A stretch of DNA of 64,000 bases from an uncultured Acidobacteriota bacterium (GTDB lineage Bacteria > Acidobacteriota > Thermoanaerobaculia > Multivoradales > UBA5704), in contig OY969474.1 of the NCBI GenBank assembly GCA_963700145.1, forward strand, positions 3,712,001 to 3,776,000, written 5' to 3'. Made by a program: the position numbers and the translations under genes. Under the pieces are notes generated by a model that did not search any database, was not told the DNA's origin, and saw nothing but the letters and a program-made list of their open reading frames with translations. Below, piece by piece: positions 60,049 through 64,000 of this stretch. Every line of letters begins with the position of its first letter. The stretch's first letter is position 1.

Positions 60049-62970
60049 TTAGAACCGGCTGCCGATCCAGAAGCTGGTGGCGAAGCCGTCGGCGGACTCC
60101 GCGAAGTCCCAGCGTTTGGCGAAGTCCCAGTTGAGGTCGAGCCCGAAGAGCCGCGCCGTCACCCCGAAGCCGTAGGAGGAGACGCCGTCCTGCAGGCGCG
60201 TCTCCTCGTCGGCGAGGAGGTGGAAGGACTGGAAGTCGCGGAACCAGGCGCCGCCGACGTCGAGGAAGAGCACGCCGCGGATCTGCTGGAAGTCGATGAG
60301 CGGCGTCGCCAGAATGTCGACGAGAGGGAAGCGGTACTCGACGTTGGCGAAGAAGCCCGTGTCGCCCACCAGGCCGCGGAAGGGGACGCCGCGCACCGTG
60401 TCGAGGCCCCCGAAGTAGACCACGTTGGGGTTGTTGCCGTCGCTCGCGCCGACGAAGCCGCGCAGCGCGATGTTGCTGCGCTGGGTCACCGCGAAGTACT
60501 GGCGGATGTCGAGGTCGGCGCTGGTGGCGAGGGTGCCGCTCTCCTCGATGTCGGGGGCGTAGAAGAGGTCGAGCCGCCAGCGCCGCCCGCCGATCGGTCC
60601 CCAGGGCGCGAAGAGGGCGGAGTCGCCGACCAGCGCCCCGGTCAGCAGCGGGGCCTGGTCGTCGACCTCCACCACGTCGACGAAGAACTCGCCGGTCTCC
60701 GGGTCGATGGTCACCGCCGGCCGCAGGAACTCGCGCATCAGGTAGCCGGTGCCGAGCTCGGCGCGGGTGTAGAAGGTGAAGGGGTAGAGGACCGAGGCGA
60801 TGAGGCCGGTCTGCTTGAAGATGGTGCGGCCGCGGAAGCTCTGGCCGATCGGGTCCTCGATGAAGAAGAAGGTGCGGTCGTCGAAGAGGTGCACCTGCCA
60901 CTGCCAGCGGCGCGACAGGTCCATGTAGACGAGGTCGAAGTTGGAGAAGCTGTCGATCGAGTCGAAGGCGGCGAGGATGCGGCGGTCGCCCAAGTAGTCG
61001 GAGAAGGTCAGCAGCACCCGCCCGACGACCGTCTGGTCGTCCTCGACGCCGACGTAGCTCTCGGCGTCCTCGAGGAAGAACTTGAACCCCTTGTAGTCGC
61101 CCTTGTTGGCGTCGTCGATCGCCACCTGGATGTCGGGCTCGAAGACCGGCAGGTCCTGGGCGATGACCGGCTCGACCGCCATCTCGACGGTCGTCGGGTC
61201 CTCGACCGGCTGGTCGGTGTCGCGGACGTAGAGGTCGAAGCGCCCCTTGTAGTAGCCGGTGTAGACCAGCCCCTCCTCGCCTTCGGTGCGGGCGAGGACG
61301 GTGGGCATGAAGGCGCCGGTGACGACGTCGGTCCACTGCTTGAGCTCGCCGCTCTGGAGGTCGAGGCTGAAGATGTTGTCGGCGCCGCGCTGGTCGGAGG
61401 TGAAGTAGACCCGCCGCCCGTCCGGGGAGTAGACCGGGTCGTTCTCGTTCGAGTCGCCGGTGGTGAGCTGGAAGCGGCGGGTGGGGTCGGCCAGGTCGAC
61501 GCGGAAGAGCTTCGCATAGCCGTTGCCGACGACCGAGACGAAGACCAGCGAGCGGCCGTCGGGCGAGTAGTCGGGGGCGCCGTCGAAGACGTCGTCGTTG
61601 GTGACCTGGGACAGCTGGCCGCTCTCGAGGTCGAGCTGGAAGAGGTCGAACTGTCCGCCCTTCCAGCCGCCGAAGGCGACCTTCTTGCCGTCCGGGCTCC
61701 AGGTCGGCGCGGTCTGCTGCTCGATGCCCTCGATCGGGAAGGAGCGGGCGATGCCGCCGCGCAGCACGTCGATGAGCAGCAGGTCGCGCCCCTTCTCGCG
61801 CTTGGCGAAGACGGCGATGGTGTTGCCGTCGGGGGCGAAGTCGAGGTCGCGCCCCATCTTGCGCCCGAGCTCCAGCTCCTGCGCCACCAGGTACTGGTAG
61901 TCGTTGCTGAAGCCGGTGGTCAGGTTGCGCAGCAGGCGCCGCTTGCGGGCATCGAAGAGGACGACGTCGACGTCGCCCTTGTAGGAGCTGAAGGCGGCGA
62001 CCAGGTCGCCCGACGGCGAGGCGGTCGGCGAGATCTCCTGGCTCGCCACCTCCTGCTCGAGGCGGAAGAGGCGGCCGAAGTCGGCGGGCTCGCCGGTCTC
62101 GACGAGCAGCGGCAGGTACTCCTTGCGCAGCCAGCGGCGGAACTCGGCGTCGAACTCCTCGGCGTCCATCTTGAAGGCGCGCTCGACGGCGCGGTCGACG
62201 CGCGAGCCGATGGTGTTGCGCAGCTCGTAGATGAAGTCCTGGAACCCCTCCTTGCCCCAGCGCTCCTCCATGAAGTCGAAGACGGAGTGGCCGAAGCGGT
62301 AGGCGAAGAAGCCGCCGAAGTTCTGGGTCACCGACGGGATGCGGTCGTTGACCACGGCGTCGCGCAGGAACATCTTGTCGCGCTGCTGCTCGTCCTTGGC
62401 CATGTAGCTCGCCATCCCCTCCATCGCCCAGATCGGCGGCGCGGTGGCGACGGCCTTGGTGAGGTTGCCCTGGAAGAGCATGTGGTACTGGAAGATGTGG
62501 GTCAGCTCGTGGAGCACCAGCTCCATCAGCTCGGCGTCGGGCAGGTCGACGGGCAGCACCATGCGGAAGCGCGCCGGCGTCGCGAAGGCGCCGATCCCCT
62601 CGGGGATGAAGTTGAGGATGATGTTGTTCTGCTCGAACTGCGAGTGGGTGGCGTAGAAGATGAGCGGCACCGGGTCCTGGATCTGGTGGTCGAACTCGCG
62701 CGACAGCAGGTCGTAGGCGCTCTCGGCGAAGGAGACCACCTTCTGCAGCAACGGCTCGGTCTGCTCGTAGTAGTGGACGTTGAAGTGCGGCGAATGGTAG
62801 ATCCGCCAGTCGAACTCCCGGTACTGGATCTTGTTCTTGCCGAAGCCGGTGCCGCGGTACTGCGGCCCGAAGCTGGAGAACTGCGCCGCGGCGGGCGCGG
62901 CGAGGAGAAGTGGCAGGACGAGAAGCGCCGCGAGGCTTGGGAAAACGGGTCTGCCGAATCTACCGGACAA
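60049..62970 (-). CDS. Outer-membrane protein: zincin-like domain + TolB-like PD40 propeller + Omp85/BamA-type barrel
   Basis: Signal peptide, FGKNKIQY, HELTH...EGMA, repeated (W/Y)SPDG, VEYRFP, C-terminal aromatic beta strand ending in F. Confidence 0.85.
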   Translation of the reverse strand: MSGRFGRPVFPSLAALLVLPLLLAAPAAAQFSSFGPQYRGTGFGKNKIQYREFDWRIYHSPHFNVHYYEQTEPLLQKVVSFAESAYDLLSREFDHQIQDPVPLIFYATHSQFEQNNIILNFIPEGIGAFATPARFRMVLPVDLPDAELMELVLHELTHIFQYHMLFQGNLTKAVATAPPIWAMEGMASYMAKDEQQRDKMFLRDAVVNDRIPSVTQNFGGFFAYRFGHSVFDFMEERWGKEGFQDFIYELRNTIGSRVDRAVERAFKMDAEEFDAEFRRWLRKEYLPLLVETGEPADFGRLFRLEQEVASQEISPTASPSGDLVAAFSSYKGDVDVVLFDARKRRLLRNLTTGFSNDYQYLVAQELELGRKMGRDLDFAPDGNTIAVFAKREKGRDLLLIDVLRGGIARSFPIEGIEQQTAPTWSPDGKKVAFGGWKGGQFDLFQLDLESGQLSQVTNDDVFDGAPDYSPDGRSLVFVSVVGNGYAKLFRVDLADPTRRFQLTTGDSNENDPVYSPDGRRVYFTSDQRGADNIFSLDLQSGELKQWTDVVTGAFMPTVLARTEGEEGLVYTGYYKGRFDLYVRDTDQPVEDPTTVEMAVEPVIAQDLPVFEPDIQVAIDDANKGDYKGFKFFLEDAESYVGVEDDQTVVGRVLLTFSDYLGDRRILAAFDSIDSFSNFDLVYMDLSRRWQWQVHLFDDRTFFFIEDPIGQSFRGRTIFKQTGLIASVLYPFTFYTRAELGTGYLMREFLRPAVTIDPETGEFFVDVVEVDDQAPLLTGALVGDSALFAPWGPIGGRRWRLDLFYAPDIEESGTLATSADLDIRQYFAVTQRSNIALRGFVGASDGNNPNVVYFGGLDTVRGVPFRGLVGDTGFFANVEYRFPLVDILATPLIDFQQIRGVLFLDVGGAWFRDFQSFHLLADEETRLQDGVSSYGFGVTARLFGLDLNWDFAKRWDFAESADGFATSFWIGSRF

Positions 62971-62990
62971 CGAAGTCCTCCTTTCCGGCG

Positions 62991-63698
62991 CTACTGCGTG
63001 AACAAGGTGCGGCTGGCCTCCACCTCTTTCTGCGTGAAGACCCCGAGGATGCGGTCCTCCAGCGAGAAGAGGTTCTCGAACATGCCGAGCAGGGGATCGG
63101 CCCTCTCCCCCTCGAAGCTCTGGAAGTCCTTGAAGTTGTCCTGGTAGACGAGCTCGCCGGTCCGGCCGTCGTAGACGTGCATCAGGATGTCGTACTCGAA
63201 GCCGGTCTGCTCGACGAGCACCTGGCGGTAGTAGGTGCGGCCGTTGAAGGGCGAGACGTACTCCTCGGTGCGGTAGCCGGTGCGGTCCTGGATGTCGAAG
63301 TCGAGGCCGCCGGCGAGGATCAGGTCGGCCTGGGCCTTCTCGCCGAGGGCGCGCCAGAAGTCCTTCTGCTTGCCGAGCTGCTCGAAGTCGAGAGTGGGGT
63401 AGTCGACCGGGCCGGGCTCGACGACCTCGAGCTCGGTCTCCCGCCGCAGCACCTTGAGCAGGTAGCGCTCGAACTCCTTCTGCACGTCGATGTTCCGCCC
63501 CTGCAGGCGCTCCTCCCCCTCCCCCTCCTGGGTGATGACGACGAACGGCGCGACGGCGATCGTGCGCACCCCCTGGAGGTCGAGGCGGGCGCGCTGCGGG
63601 AGCTTGAGCTTCACCTCGACCGAGGCGGCGCGCGCGGGGAGCGCACCGGCGGCGGCGAGGAGGAGGGCGGAGAGTGCGATGACGGCTTGGCGATGCAT
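62991..63698 (-). CDS. Secreted hypothetical protein
   Basis: Signal peptide, IAVAPF, AQADLILAG, YDGRTGE (CsgG/TolB-N-like alpha/beta pattern, uncertain). Confidence 0.75.
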   Translation of the reverse strand: MHRQAVIALSALLLAAAGALPARAASVEVKLKLPQRARLDLQGVRTIAVAPFVVITQEGEGEERLQGRNIDVQKEFERYLLKVLRRETELEVVEPGPVDYPTLDFEQLGKQKDFWRALGEKAQADLILAGGLDFDIQDRTGYRTEEYVSPFNGRTYYRQVLVEQTGFEYDILMHVYDGRTGELVYQDNFKDFQSFEGERADPLLGMFENLFSLEDRILGVFTQKEVEASRTLFTQ

Positions 63699-63733
63699 CG
63701 AAGGGGACCTCCTGGAGGACGGTAGCGTCCTCT

Positions 63734-64000
63734 CTAGGCGTTGCGCGGTGCGGGCGGCGGGGCCGGCGGCTCGTCCTCGGGCTCCTGCGGCCGGGCCTCG
63801 GGAGTGGCCGCCGGGATGTGGGGCGGCGCCGCCGGGGGCGCGCTGGGGACCGGGTCCAGCGATTCCGGCGGCGGCGCCTCCGCGGGGGCGGCCGGCGCCG
63901 GCGCCGTCCCCTCGGGCGCGCCCGGCTTCGGCTTGAAGGCCTGGTAGAACTCGACGAAGCGGGCGTAGTTGCCGCGCGCCTCGCGGCTGTCCGGGGCGGC
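63734..64000 (-). CDS. Partial (5'-truncated) TPR-like protein with Pro-rich tail
   Basis: The minus frame reads ...APDSREARGNYARFVEFYQAFKPKPG..., ending at TAG 63736-63734. Confidence 0.65.
   Translation of the reverse strand, partial: AAPDSREARGNYARFVEFYQAFKPKPGAPEGTAPAPAAPAEAPPPESLDPVPSAPPAAPPHIPAATPEARPQEPEDEPPAPPPAPRNA

Overview
High-GC bacterial chromosome segment. Gene content (GWxTD protein, carboxypeptidase-regulatory repeat protein, PD40-Omp85 fusion) suggests Acidobacteriota, possibly Thermoanaerobaculia (inference). The housekeeping backbone has a lytic transglycosylase, tRNA(CAT), yggS, divIVA, hutI, an FKBP, serS with tRNA-Ser, a glycosylation locus, hemF, gnd-zwf-pgl, purSQL/purF and an ABC transporter. 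Several accessory blocks interrupt it: (1) a patatin + TIR-TPR + tandem-SLATT cassette between yggS and divIVA, a candidate signalling defence system; (2) a lower-GC small protein + archaeal-like PGK islet; (3) a lower-GC graspetide-like islet (precursor, ATP-grasp ligase, frameshifted membrane protein) that truncates a nucleotidyltransferase gene; (4) a ~550-bp array of a GGTCCGAA motif on a 21-bp lattice, between an XRE-type HTH gene and an SH3/ComEC-like metallo-hydrolase; (5) an intact IS5-like element with a CTAG duplication; (6) REP-like palindromes translated inside glycosyltransferase genes; (7) several toxin-antitoxin pairs. All functional calls come from motif recognition by eye; no database searches were run.
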